DNA of 64,000 bases, taken from positions 20,648,001 through 20,712,000 of the forward strand of contig NC_086097.1 of assembly GCF_963921235.1 (NCBI RefSeq). Reading direction: 5' to 3'. Numbering within the stretch: position 1 is the stretch's first letter; every line of letters begins with the position of its first letter. A model generated the notes under the pieces. The model saw only the letters and a list, made by a program, of their open reading frames with translations, did not search any database and was not told the origin of the DNA. Origin of the DNA: Mobula hypostoma. Its lineage: Eukaryota. Below, in pieces: positions 23,608-36,411 of the stretch. A program made the position numbers and the translations under genes.

Positions 23608-26600
23608 ATAGAAAAACATAGAAAACCTACAGCGCAATACAGGTCCTGCGGCACACAATGCTGTGCAGAACATGTACTTACTTTAGAAATTACCCATAGC
23701 CCTCTACCTTTCTAAGCTTCATGTACCTATCCAAGAGTATCTTAAAAGACCCTATCGTATCCACCTCCACCACCGTCACTGGCACTCCATGCACTCACCA
23801 CTCTCTGTGTAAAAAAATAAACTTACCCCTGACATCTCCTCTGTACCTGCTTCCAAGCACTTTAAAACTGTACCCTTTCATGTTAGCCATTTCAGCTCTT
23901 GAAAAAAGCCTCTGATTATCCACACGATCAATGCCACTCATTATGTTGTACACCTCTATCAGGTCACTTTTCAAGCTCTGCCGCTTCAAGGAGAAAAGGC
24001 CAAGTTCACTCAACCTTTTCTCGTAAGGCATGCTCCCCAATCCAGGCAACGTCCTTGTAAATCTCATCTGCAATCTTTCTATGGTTTCCACATCCTTCCT
24101 GTAGTGAGGTGACCAGAACTGAGCACGGTACTCCAAGTGGGGTCTGACCAGGGTCCTATATAGCTGTAACAACTCAATCCCACAGTTGATGAAGGCCAAT
24201 GTACCATATGCCTTCTTAACCACAGAGTCAACCTGCTCAGCAGCTTTCAGTATCCTATGGACTCGGACCCCAGTGCTGATCCTCCACACTGCCAAGAGTC
24301 TTACCATTAATACTATATTCTGCCATCAAATTTGATCTACCAAAATGAACCACCTCACACTTATCTGGGTTGAACTCCATCTGCCACTTCTCAGCCCAGT
24401 TTTGCATCCTATCGATGTCTTGCTGTAAACTCTGGCACTATCCACAACACCCCCAACCTTTGTGTCATCAGCAAATTTACTAACCCATCCCCCCACATCC
24501 TCATCCAAGTCATTTATAAAAATCACGAAGAGAAGGTGTCCTAGAGCAGATGCCTGAGGCACCGACCTCCATACAGAATATGACCTGTCTACAACCACTC
24601 TTTGCTTTCTGTGAGCAATCCACAAAGCAATTTCCCCTTGGATCCCATGCCTCCTTACTTTCTCAATAAGCCTTGCATGGGGTACCTTATCAAATGCCTT
24701 GCTGAAATCCATATACGCTACATCTACTGCTCTTCCTTCATCAATGTGTTTGGTCACATCCTCAAAAAATTCAATTAGGCTCATAAGGCACGACCTGCTG
24801 ACAAAGCCATGCTGACTATTCCTAATCATATTATGTCTCTCCAAATGTTCATAAATCCTGCCTCTCAGGATCTTTTCTACCAACTTACTAACCACTGAAG
24901 TAAGATTCACTGGTCTAGAATTTCCTGGGCTATTTCTACTCCTTTCTTGAATAAGGGAACAACATTTGCAACCCTCCAATCCTCCAGAACCTCTCCCGTC
25001 CCCATTGATGATGCAAAGATCATTGTCAAAGGATCGGTAGTCTCCTCCCTCGCCTCCCACAGTAGCCTGGGGTACATCTCATCCAGTCCCGGAGTCTTAT
25101 CCAACTTGATGCTTTCCAAAAGCTTCAGCCCATCCTCTTTCTTAATGTCTATATGCTCAAACTTTTCAATCCACTGTACGTCATCCCTACAATCGCCAAG
25201 ATCCTTTTCCGTAGTGAATGCTGAAGCAAAGTTTTCATTTAAGTATCTCCGCTATCTCCTCCGGTTCCATACACACTTCCACTATCACACTTGATTGGTC
25301 CTATTCTCTCACGTATTATCCTCTTGCTCTTCACATACTTGTAGAATTCCTTGGGGTTTTCCTTAATCCTACTCGCCAAGGCCTTCTCAATGGCCCCTTC
25401 TGGCTCTCCTAATTTCATTCTTAAGCTCCTTCCTGCTAGCCTTATGATCTTCTAAATCTCTATCGTTACATAGTTTTTTTGAACCTTTCATAAGCTTTTC
25501 TTTTCTTCTTGACTAGATCTTCAACAGCCTTTGTACACCACACTCCCTGTACCCTACCATCCTTTCCCTGTCTCATTGGAATGTACCTATGCAGAATGCC
25601 ACAGAAATATCCCCTGAACCTTTGCCACATTTCTGCTGCACATTTCCCTGAGAACATCTGTTCTCAGTTTACGCTTCCAAATTCTAGCCCAATAGCTTCA
25701 TATTTCCCTTTACTTCAATTAAATGATTTCCTAACTTGTCTGTTCCTATCCCTCTTCATTGCTATGGTAAAGGAGATAGAATTGTGATCACTATCTCCAA
25801 AGTGTTCTCCCACTGAGAGACCTGACACCTGACTAGGTTCATTTCCCAATACCCGATCAAGTACAGCCTCTCCTCTTGTAGGCTTATCTATGTATTGTGT
25901 CAGGAAACCTTCCTGAACACACCTAATAAACTCCATCCCATCTAAACTCCTTGCTCTAGGGAGATCCCAATCAATATTTGGGAAATTAAAATCTCCCACC
26001 ACGACAATCCTGTTATCATTTCACCTTTCCAGAATCTGTCTCCCTATCTGCTCCTCAATGTCCCTGTTACTATTGGGTGGTCTATATAAAAAAAAACAGC
26101 CAGAGGAGTTATTGACCCCTTCCTGTTTCTAGTTTCCACCCACAGAGACTCCGTAGACAATCCCTCTATGACTTCCTCCTTTTCTGCAGCCGTGACGCTA
26201 TCTCTGATCAACAGTGCCGCGTCCCCACCTCTTTTGTCTCCCTCCCTGTCCAAGGGTTCAAAGGTCCAATTTAATGTCAGAGAAATGTATACAATATACA
26301 TCCTGAAATGCTTTTTCTTCGCAAACATCCACAAAAACAGAGAAGTGCCCCAAAGTCCCCCCCCCGAGCTCCCCCCTCCTGCACGTAAGCGGCAGCGAGC
26401 AACAATTCCCCCCTCCCCTAACCAGCAAAAAAAAGCAAGCATTGGTACCATCAAGCACTGAGCATGAGTAAAGCAACAGCAAAGACACAGACTTGCAGTT
26501 ACCCCCGGCATTCGACATACCGCAGATACTCTCTCTCCCTAATAAGGGAGGAAAAGGGTGTCACCGTTTTCCCAGTCAGCGGGGAGACATAACAAACAGC

Positions 26601-27892
26601 TTGCTGGTTTACAATGTTAAAAAGTCCATTACATCACTTTTATCGTGCTTTGTGCTCGAAGATTGCAAAGATCCCGGGTCTTCAGGCCCACAGCAGATAT
26701 CCTGACTCCCCTGACAACACACTGGTCCCTTCTGGCACTCTAAGTAACCATTCCTGCCCCTGAGCCATCCAAGACTCTGTAATGGCCACAACAACATAGC
26801 TCCAAGTACTGATCCACGCCCTAACCTTATCCACTTTGTTCATGATACTGCTTGCATCAAAATAGACACATCTCAAACCATCAGTCTGCGTGCGTCCCTT
26901 CTCTATCACCCACCTATCCTCCCTCTCACACTGTCTCCAAGCCCTCTCTATTTGTGAGCCAACAGCTCCTTCCTCCGTCTCTTCAGTTCGGTTCCCACCC
27001 CACAGAAATTCTAGTTTAAGCTCTCCCCAATAACCTTAGCAAACCACCCTGCCAGGATATTGGTCCCCCTCGGATTCAAGTGCAACCCATCCTTTTTGTA
27101 CAGGTCACGCTTGCCCCAAAAGAGGTTTCAATGATCCCGAAATCTGAATCCCTGCCCCCTGCTCCAATCCCTCAGCCACACTTTTATCCTCCACCTCACT
27201 CTATTCCTATACTTACTGTTGCGTGGCACAGACAGAAATCCCATGATTACTACCTTTGAGGTCCTGCTTCTCAACTTCCTTCCTCACTCCCTGTAGTCTG
27301 TTTTCAGGACCTCCTCCCTTTTCCTCCATATGTCGTTGATACCAATATGTACCTCAACCTCTGGCTGTTTACCTTCCCACTTCATGATATTGTGGATGCG
27401 ATCAGAAACATCCCAGACCCTGGCATCTGGGAGGCAAACAACCATCCGCATTTCTTTCTTGCGTCCACAGAATTGTCTGTCTGACCCCCCCTAACTATAG
27501 AGTCCCCTATTACTGCTGTCCTCTTCCTTTTCCTACCCTCCTGAGCCACAGGGCCAGACTGTGCCAGAGGCGCAGCCACTGTTGCTTCCCACAGGTAGGC
27601 TGTCCCCCCCACAACAGTACTCAAACAGGAGTACTTATTGTTAAGAGGGACAGCTACAGAAGTACTCTCTAGTATTTGACTCCTCCCCTTCCGTCTCCTG
27701 ACTGTGACCCACTTATCTGTCTCCCGAAGCCCCAGTGTGACTACTTGCCTATAGCTCCTCACTTTCCCTGACCAGACAAAGGTTACTGAGCTGCAGCTCC
27801 AGGTCCCTGCAGCTCGACGCACCTAGTGCAGATGTGGCCTTCCAGGAGGCTGGGAGTCTCCCGGACTTCCCACATCTGACACCCAGTACAGG
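23608..27892 (-). mobile_element. Near-full-length CR1 LINE (ORF1 zinc finger and SGNH esterase; ORF2 APE endonuclease and RT), frameshifted
   Basis: CTGCQMW..HICTRC; VIGDSIVRG; VVAITESW, VGDFNFPNIDW, SDHN; YMDFSKAFDKVPH, SKFADDTK; (TTCTATG)n tail; AATTC duplicated at 23603-23607 and 27893-27897 inside an older CR1 3' end. Confidence 0.92.
26251..26720 (-). mobile_element. Non-coding retroposon inserted into the CR1 endonuclease region
   Basis: Interrupts CR1 ORF2 homology; minus-strand tail ATTAAATTGGACCTTTGAACCCTTG similar to Rex-Babar tails. Confidence 0.55.
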
Positions 27893-30800
27893 AATTCCTC
27901 TTCATCTCTGTTCTAATGAGATATGCTTCTATTCTGAGGCTCTGTCCTCTTGTCCTAGATTCAGCCACACGAGGAAACATCCACTCCACACCCACTCTTT
28001 CCATACTTCTCAATATTCTGTAAGTTTCAATGCATTTCCACCACCCCTCTCCCACCTTAGCCATTAAACACTCATTGTATATTAACTCTTTCATTTCTGG
28101 AATCATCCTCATAAGATAGGCTACAGTTATACTAAGTCACTATTAGTCCCACTTGGAGTGCCATGAATGGTTCTAAACACTTAAGCGAGTTTATATTGGA
28201 GAACAGCAGTGTGTGTTTAGTAGAGTGAATTCTGGATTCCAAGTGATAATATTATGAGGAGAAGTTACAAAAACTGGGTTAAATCACTGGAATCTAGATG
28301 TTTAAATTACTTGATCAAATATTTCAAGATATTGACAGGAACCATTAGCAAAGACAGAGAAACAGCTTCCATTATACAACAGCCTGCAGATGCTGTGAAA
28401 TGGAGCAACAAACAACTTGCTGGAGGAACTCAGTGGATCATGCAGCATCTGTAGGGGACAGGGAATTGCCAACATTTTGGGTTGAAACCCTGCATCTGGA
28501 CTGGGTTCTTCCAGCAGATTATTTGTTGCTGAAGAAACTATTCCTGCTAGTTTGGAATTCTACTATTAGATAGATTAATAGTTAAATCCAGTCCGTTCAA
28601 TCATGAAGTTATCAAACTCAGATTTGGTGCTCACTTGCACAAAAATCACTAAATACAAAAATAATTGGCTATTAATATTAAATCCGAGATTGGTGGATTG
28701 TTGTTAACCAAATAAAATAAAGGATTATGGGAAAAATGAGGGATAGGGAATTACTTGGCAGAGCACCTGTGATCTTGCTGAACAGACTCAAAGCCTCAGC
28801 CAATTCCTTTTCCCAGCGCCCTCTCAATTTTAAACCTGGAGTAGGGTCGAAGCTGCTAATTACCCTAATTATGCACCTTCAATAACTTTGTTCATTTGAT
28901 TCAGAGGGTCAGAGAGGAATTCCCATGAAATTTACTAGGCGCTCCTTTGTTTTTGTTTATCTGAAAAATTTTGAGGCTCGGTGAAGGCTCAATAATGTCG
29001 TGCAGCCTGAATATTCCTCCTTTACTTTTTCATTTGTTTGTCACTTGTGGTGATAGTGAAGGAAGAGTTTAAAGTCCAGTTGAATCGTGACTGTCCACTT
29101 CCCCATTTCTGCCTGACTCACTGAGTTCTTCCAGTGGTTTGTCTTTCTTTCTCCAGGTTTCAGCGTCCTCTGTCTATTGTATTTCTTGTTTAAAATGCAA
29201 GGTATTATTCCTGATGTATTGTACGCTTGACAATTTAATTTACTTGAAATGTTTTTAAACCCTTTAGACTCTGGAGTCTCAGTAATATCTTTGAATTTTG
29301 ATTCAACTACATCTCATAATTCAAGTTAAATACTCCTTGCCTTATAAGTTGTAATTATATCTCAACTCATACCATTCACTCCCAGAGCTGCCTAGAGATC
29401 AAACTAAATGACAGCTGTTAACTTCAGTGTAATTGCAACCAATCTACCCAATGAACTATGTTCCAGTTGTGGGGTTTCAGCACAGTTCTGGTGGGCTGAT
29501 TCAATTCCTAACAGTTCCTTTTCCCTACTATCCACACCTTTCCTTCTCTCCAGCCCAGACCAAAATAACAACAAAACCAACACTATCATGTCTAGGTCTA
29601 GATCAAGAACATCATCATTTTTGCTGTTTCCAAATCAAGTGATTAAAAGAGATCATATTTCTACTTGCATGATTCACTGAACCTTTATTTTCAAGTTCAA
29701 GTTTTACTATCATTCAACCATACATGCTTACTCCCTATGAATACAGCCAAACAAAACAGTGTGCCTCCAGGACCAAGGTGTAAAAAACAGTACCAACAGT
29801 CATACACAGCGCAAGGCACATTTAGCACATATAAGGTAGCAGTATGCTAATATTTACAGAAAAAATATATATATAGTCCAAGTCGCTGAGTGGCATGGCC
29901 TGTAAATTGAAGGTGCATGGATGTTATCAGCAAGAGCAAGCAGATCTCAGCATTCCACAGACGAACCCTCGCATGCAATCCCACTTGTCTTCCACCGAGC
30001 GAACACCGGAGGGCAGCACTGATGGGAGGGACCAGCCTCTAACCCAGACAGGATGCTGCACTACACTGTCTCCGGGACTGCAGCAACAGGCAAGCCCTTG
30101 GCTTAAGGCATAGTCCTCACTAAAACCAGGGCCACGCAGCTCCCTCACCATCTGTCTCTTCAATAAACAAGGGAAATGGACTTTCAATGTTTTACATTAC
30201 CAATGTTCAACTGGGTCTTGTCATCACAAGAGAAACATCCAAGACAATCATTCACTCTTAGACTAACCACTCCTTTGCGCACCAACTCTGTTGCCTCTCT
30301 GCAGCAGGCAGTAACACGGTCCACACCAAGTCCACCAACAAACAGCTCGCTGATGGGGTAGACCTTCAGTAGGTTCTTAATGTCCAGCATTGTCTGTGAT
30401 CATAAAAGTTACTTTTTAGAAAAGTCAAAAACACCTTTGGTTGCTCCTGGAGAGCCCACTGCAAACACATCTCCATCTTTCCAGAAGCTTGCAAATGGCA
30501 TTGCAGTGATTGCAAGAAGGCTGTGTATTTATATTGGATCGAGTTGGCTAACTATGTAGTGGTAGTTAGCCTGGAGGATCAAAATTCTGCAATAACTTGA
30601 TGGGAAGCCATGCATATACCTGGTCTTCAAGACTGTGTCAATGGCAATGCGGTGAGCCAGAAAGAAAAGTCTCATGAGCCAGTGTTGCTTCGTGGTTATC
30701 AAGGTCACTGGATCCTGTGATGAAACTGACGACATCTTGTTATTTGAACACCTCCTCCATGACCTCCCTCAGCACAGGAGCACAAAAAGCCGTGTGCTTA

Positions 30801-30975
30801 GCTCCTTGCTCTACTCGCTTTACACTTATGACTGTGCAGCTAAGCACAGCTCCAATGCCATTTTCAAGTGTGGTGACGACACCACTGACATAGACCGAAT
30901 CAAAGGTGGTGCCAAATCAGCATATAGGAGGGAGGTTGTAAATCCAGCTGAATGGTATCAGTAAGACAAAGGAGA

Positions 30976-33093
30976 CCATAAGATGTAGGAACAGAATTAG
31001 GCCATTTGGCCCATTGAGTCTACTCCGCCATTTCAGCATTTTCCCTTTCAGTTCCAGTCTCCTGACTTCTCCCTGTATCCATTCATGCCCTGACCAATCA
31101 AGAATCTATCAACCTCTGCCTTAAATAAATGGAAAGGGACTTGGCCTCACGGCTGCCTATGGCAATGAATTCCACAGATTCACCACTCTTTGACTAAAGA
31201 AATTTCTGTTTATTTCCATTTTGAGGCTGTGTCCTCTGGTCCTAGTCTTTCCCACCATTGGAAACATTCTCACCACATCCACTCTATTGCGGCCTTTCAG
31301 CATTCATTAAGTTTCAATTAGGTCACCCCTCATTCTTCTGAATTCTGGTGAGTAGAGGCCTAGAGTCATCAAATGCTCTTCGTATGACAGACCATTCAAT
31401 CCTAGATTTATTTTCGTAAACATCCTTTGAACCCTCTCCAGTGTCAGCACATCCTTTCTAAGATAAGGGACTCAAAACTGCTCACAATACTCCAACTGAG
31501 GCCTCACCAGTGCTTTATAAAGCATCAGCATTACATCCTTGCTCTTATATTCTAGTCCTCTTGAAATGAATGCTAACATTGCATTTACCTTCCTCACCTT
31601 AAATTAACCTTTATGAATCCTGCACAAGGACTCCCAAGTCCCTTTGTGCCTCAGACTTTTGAAATTTCTCTCCATTTGGAAAATAGTCTACCCTCTTATT
31701 TCTACAACCAAAGTGCATGATGATACACTTCCTTACGCTGTCTTCCATCTGCCACTACTTTGCCCATCCTCCTAATATAAGTCCTTCAGCAGCCTCTCTA
31801 CTTCCTCAAAACTACCTGCCCCTTCACCTATCTTCCTAATGTCTGCAAACTTTGCAACAAAGCCATCAATTCTGTCATCCCAGTCATTGACATATTATGT
31901 AAAAAGAAGCGGTCCCAACATAGGCCCCCGAGGAAAACCATTAGTCACCGGCATGCATTTTCATCTCCAATTGTAATTTGTAGACCGCATCGTTACTACA
32001 GTTTGAGGGTCTGTATATGATTCTCATCAGGGTCTTTTTACCCTTGCGGTTCCTTAGCTCTACTCACAACGATCAACATCTTCTGACCCTACGTCACATC
32101 TTTCTAAAGATTTGATTTCATTTTTTACTAACAGAGCCACGCCACCCCCTCTGCCCACCTGCCTGTCCTTCTGATACAATGTGTATCCTTGCACATTAAG
32201 CTCCCAGCTATAATCTTTCAGCCACGATTCAGTGATGCCCACAACATCATACATGCCAATCTGTAACTGCCTGCAAGTTCATCTGCCGTATACTGCATGT
32301 GTTCATATATAAGAAATTCAGTCCTCTTTTCACCCTTTTTGGTTTTGGCTGCCTTTTACATTGCAACTCATCCTGTTGACTGCAATTTTGCCCTATCATC
32401 AGCCTCTCCTTGCTCAGAGTCTTACTACACACTGCCTCTGCCTGTAAATCAACTACTTCATCCTCAGCACTATCCCCTTCCCGAACAACTCTAGCAACCC
32501 TGTCCACAAAGATATTGATCCCCCCCCCCCACCTTGTGTTCAGGTGTAAACTATCCCCTTTGTACAGGTCATACCTTCCCCAGCAGAGGTCCCAATGATC
32601 CATAAATCTGAACCCCTGCCCCCTGCACCAGTTCAGCAGCCACGCATTCACCTGCCCAATCATCCTATTCTTACCCTCACTGGTGCATGGCACAGGCAGC
32701 AGTCTGGAGATTACTTCCCTGGAGGTCCTCTTTTTCAGCTTTCTACCTAGCTCCCTAAAATCTCTCTTCAGGACCTTCTCACCTTGTCTACCTAGGTCAC
32801 TGGTGCCAATATGAACCAAGACTTCTAGCTGCTTATCTTACCCCTTGAGAATGCCATGTACCCGATCCGAGACATCGCTGACCCTGGCACATGGAAGAGA
32901 GCATACTATCTGGGTGTCTCTATTGCACCCACAGAATCCCAGCTCTGTTACTCTGACTATAGAGTCCCCTGTCAACACTGCAGTCCTCTTCAACACTCTG
33001 CTCCTCAGAGCCACAGCACCAGGCTCGGTGCCAGACACCCAGTCACTGTGTCTCTCTCTGGTAGGTTGTCCCCTTCAACAGTACCTAAAGTGG
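30976..33093 (-). mobile_element. Internally deleted CR1 (ORF2 3' part, endonuclease N-terminus, ORF1 esterase) nested in a Rex-Babar fragment
   Basis: YDVVGITESWL..DRQVGRGGGVALLVK; VHIGTSD..DSLHLN; LTGDSIVR; host homology at about 30770-30970 resumes at about 33094. Confidence 0.85.
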
Positions 33094-33711
33094 TAATTAT
33101 TGACTTCCATGAGCCAGTCCTCATCAGAGGATCAGAGGTGGAGAGTGTCAGCAACTTTAAATTCCTCAATGTTATTATTTTGGAGGGCCTGTCCTGGGCC
33201 CGGCACATAAATGGAACTATGAAGAAAGCATGGCAGCATCTCTTCTTTCTTAGAGTATGCAGAGGTTTGATATGACATCTAAAGCATTGACAAACTTCTG
33301 TTGATGTGTGGTGGAGAGTATATTAACTGGCTGCACCACAGCCTGGTATGGAAACACCAATGTCCTTGAATGAAAAATCCTACAAAAACTGGTGGATACA
33401 GTCCAGTCCATCATGGGTAAAGCCCTTCCCACCATTGTGCACATCTACTCGAAGCATTTTAACAGCTATTGCCCATCAACAATCGGACTCTTGAACCAAA
33501 GGCAATAACTTCACTCAACTTCTCTTGCCCCAGCATTGAAATGTTCCCACAACCTCTGGACTCACTTTCAAGGCCTCTTCATCTAATGTTCTCAATATTT
33601 GTTGCTTATTTATTAACTATTATCATTTCTTTTGTATTTGCATAGTTTGTTGTTTTTTGCATACTGGTTGAACGCCCAAGTTGATGCAGTCCTTCATTGA
33701 TTCTATTATGG

Positions 33712-34352
33712 TAGTCAGTGGGAGGAGGAGATAGCAGCGCGCCACGCGTGCGCAGCTCTCCAGTGAAAATAATATCGTATCCGTTAAATAGGGGCCGTGG
33801 ACAATTCTGATTTGATGGAGACAGACGTGAAAGCACAGAGGAACATCTGGAGAAATTTCTGAAATGCAGGTTCGCTGCCGCTGTTACTGGGTGATCGAGA
33901 ATCTTCCGAGGGAAGGCCCCCAAATCCCCAGCTTTACCTGCTGCTGGTGACCGAGATTGAGGTTGAATCATTCGGATAGAGATGGCGCTCGGTACTCGGT
34001 GTCGGAGGCTGATCAGAGGCTCAAAGTTTTCGGACGACTCAGAGTCGGATTGTGGTCGGGCATGGCAGGGAGAGTTTTCTTCCTTCTCCTGTCTGCGTGA
34101 GATGTGGGACATTTGAGAGACTTTGAACTTTTTACTGTGCCATGGACTGTTCTTCATCAAGTTATGGTATTGTTGCACTATTGTAACTATATGTTATAAT
34201 TATGTGGTTTTTGTTTGTTTTTCAGTCTTGGTCTGACCTGTGTTTTGTGATATCACACCGGAGGAAATATTGTATCATTTCTTAATGCATGCATTACTAA
34301 ATGACAATAAAAGAGGACTGCATGTCTTCATAATCTAATCTAATCTAATCTA
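33712..34352 (+). mobile_element. Non-coding retroposon of about 640 bp with CpG-rich head and (TAATC)n tail
   Basis: TSD ATTCT(A/G)TTATGG at 33700-33711 and 34353-34364; AATAAA before the tail; no recognisable tRNA boxes. Confidence 0.75.
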
Positions 34353-34669
34353 ATTCTGTTATGGATTTATTTAGTATGCCCGCAAGAAAGTTAATCTCAG
34401 TGTTGTATACGTTGGCATATATGTACTTCGGTAATAAATTTACTTTGAACTTTATCATTGATTTTATCTAACAGTGGTCTGAATCTGAACCAGACCTAGC
34501 AACTTTGGAATCATACTTTACTAAGCTGATTTTCACAACCTCTTCTAAGACTATCAATTTCTAGCTCTCTAACATTCTCCTAAAGCATTAATGTTGGTCC
34601 ACTGTTGAGTTAATTGCTATATAATTAAGCTTTGAAAGAAAATCTATTACTTCTACCTGTTGCTGTCAG

Positions 34670-34890
34670 ATGTTTCACAAGACAATGATGCTGAAAACAC
34701 CCCTGTGGTCCAAGATATTATTCAAGTTGTGGGAAAGCCCAAAAACTATGGACCCACACCTGAAGAACTGAAAGAACTGCAGCGCAAAGAAGCAGATGAG
34801 CGTCTAGCTAAAGAAGCTGCAGAACAAGCCGAGAAGGAACGCAAGGAGGCAGAGGAAGCTGCAGAAAAATTAGCACGGTGGGAGGAGTGG
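34670..34890 (+). CDS. AK7: AK7 exon (about exon 16), coiled-coil region ending ...KLARWEEW
   Basis: gctgtcag|AT GTT ... TGG|gtaagt; 221 nt, phase 1/0. Confidence 0.96.
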
Positions 34891-35134
34891 GTAAGTGAAG
34901 GAAGGTAGAATATTACACTCATGTGACTTACAACCTTCATGGATATTTGGCCATCTTTGAATTACCAGATGCTGTTGTATCTAAAAAGTACTTGTGGAAA
35001 AAATGATTGAAGATGATAGATGATCCTGTTCCTAACAACTTTAGCAATCCTAAATATGTTAATTGTTTCTAATCTAATCTTTAATAACTTGTTTTAATTA
35101 ATTGCTTTATCTGACCATAAATATAACATGGAGG

Positions 35135-35372
35135 CACAAAAGACTGCACATGCTGCAACCTGGAGCAAGCAACAAACTGCTAGAGGAACTCGGAGGCTTT
35201 GGCAGCATCTGTGGAGAAAATGGACTGTTGACATTTTGGGTTGAGGCCCTTTATCTGGGATGGGTCTTAGATCCCAGATGAAGGGTCTCGACCTGAAATG
35301 TCAGCTGCACATTTCCCTTCACAGGTGCTGTCTAACTTGTTGAGGTTGTCCAGCAGTTTGCTCTTTGCTCCA
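35135..35372. mobile_element. Older Penelope-derived mini hairpin element
   Basis: Inverted arms with decayed hammerhead cores (CAGATGAAGGGTCTCGACCTGAAATGTC); similar elements at about 28375-28531 and 46822-47110. Confidence 0.6.
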
Positions 35373-35395
35373 TAAAGTGATTGATGTGGAACTGA

Positions 35396-36363
35396 TATAC
35401 CCATGATTGTTTAGCAAAGTTTCCATCAAACTCAATATATAAGTTTGCTGATGACACAACAATTGTAGGCCGTATCTCGGGTAATGATGAGTTTGAGTGC
35501 AGAGAGGAAATTAAGAACCTGGTGGCATGGTGCGAAGACAATAACCTATCCCTCAACGTCAGCAAGATGAAGGAATTGGTTGTTGGCTTCAGAAGGAGTA
35601 GCGGACCGCACGACCCAATTTATATCAGTGGTGCGCAAGTGGAACAGATCAAAAGTTCCTCGGGGTCAATATCACAAATGACCTGACTTGGTCCAACCAA
35701 GCAGAGTTCACTACCAAGAAGGCCCACCAGTGCCTTTACTTCCTGAGAAAACTAAAGAAATTTGGCCTGTCCCCTAAAACCCTCACTAATTTTTATAGAT
35801 GCATAGTAGAAAGCATTCTTCTAGGGTGCATCACAACCTGGTATGGAAGTTGTCCTGTCCAAGACTGAAAGAAGCTGCAGAAGGTCGTGAACACAGCGCA
35901 GCACATCACACAAACCAATCTTCCGTCCGTGGACTCACTTTACACCGCACGCTGTCGGAGCAGTGTTGCCAGGATAATCAAAGACACGACCCACCCAGCC
36001 AACACACTTTTCATCCCTCTTCCCTCCGGGAGAAGACTCAGGAGCTTGAAGACTCATACGATCAGATTTGGGAACAGCTTCTTTCCAACTGTGATAAGAC
36101 TGCTGAACAGATCCTGACCCGGACCTGGGCCGTACCCTCCAAATATCCAGACCTGCCTCTCAGTTTTTTTGCACTACCTTACTTTCCATTTTTCTATTTT
36201 CTATTTATGATTTATAATTTAAATTTTTAATGTTTACTAATTTTTACTATTTTTAATATTTAATATTTGTAATCAAGGGAGTGGGAAACGCAGAATCAAA
36301 TATCGCTGTGATGATTGTACGTTCTAGTATCAATTGTCTGGCGACAATAAAGTATACAGTATG
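35396..36363 (+). mobile_element. Rex-Babar-like LINE 3' portion (relatively young)
   Basis: YKFADDTTIVG, LTNFYRCIVESIL, HPANTLFIPLPSGRRLRSLKT..RFGNSFFPTVIRLLN; tail AATAAAGTATACAGTAT. Confidence 0.8.
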
Positions 36364-36411
36364 GTACACCAGAGTCTCCCTGTATATTTGACAGGCTTAG
36401 TTAGGGATGGA

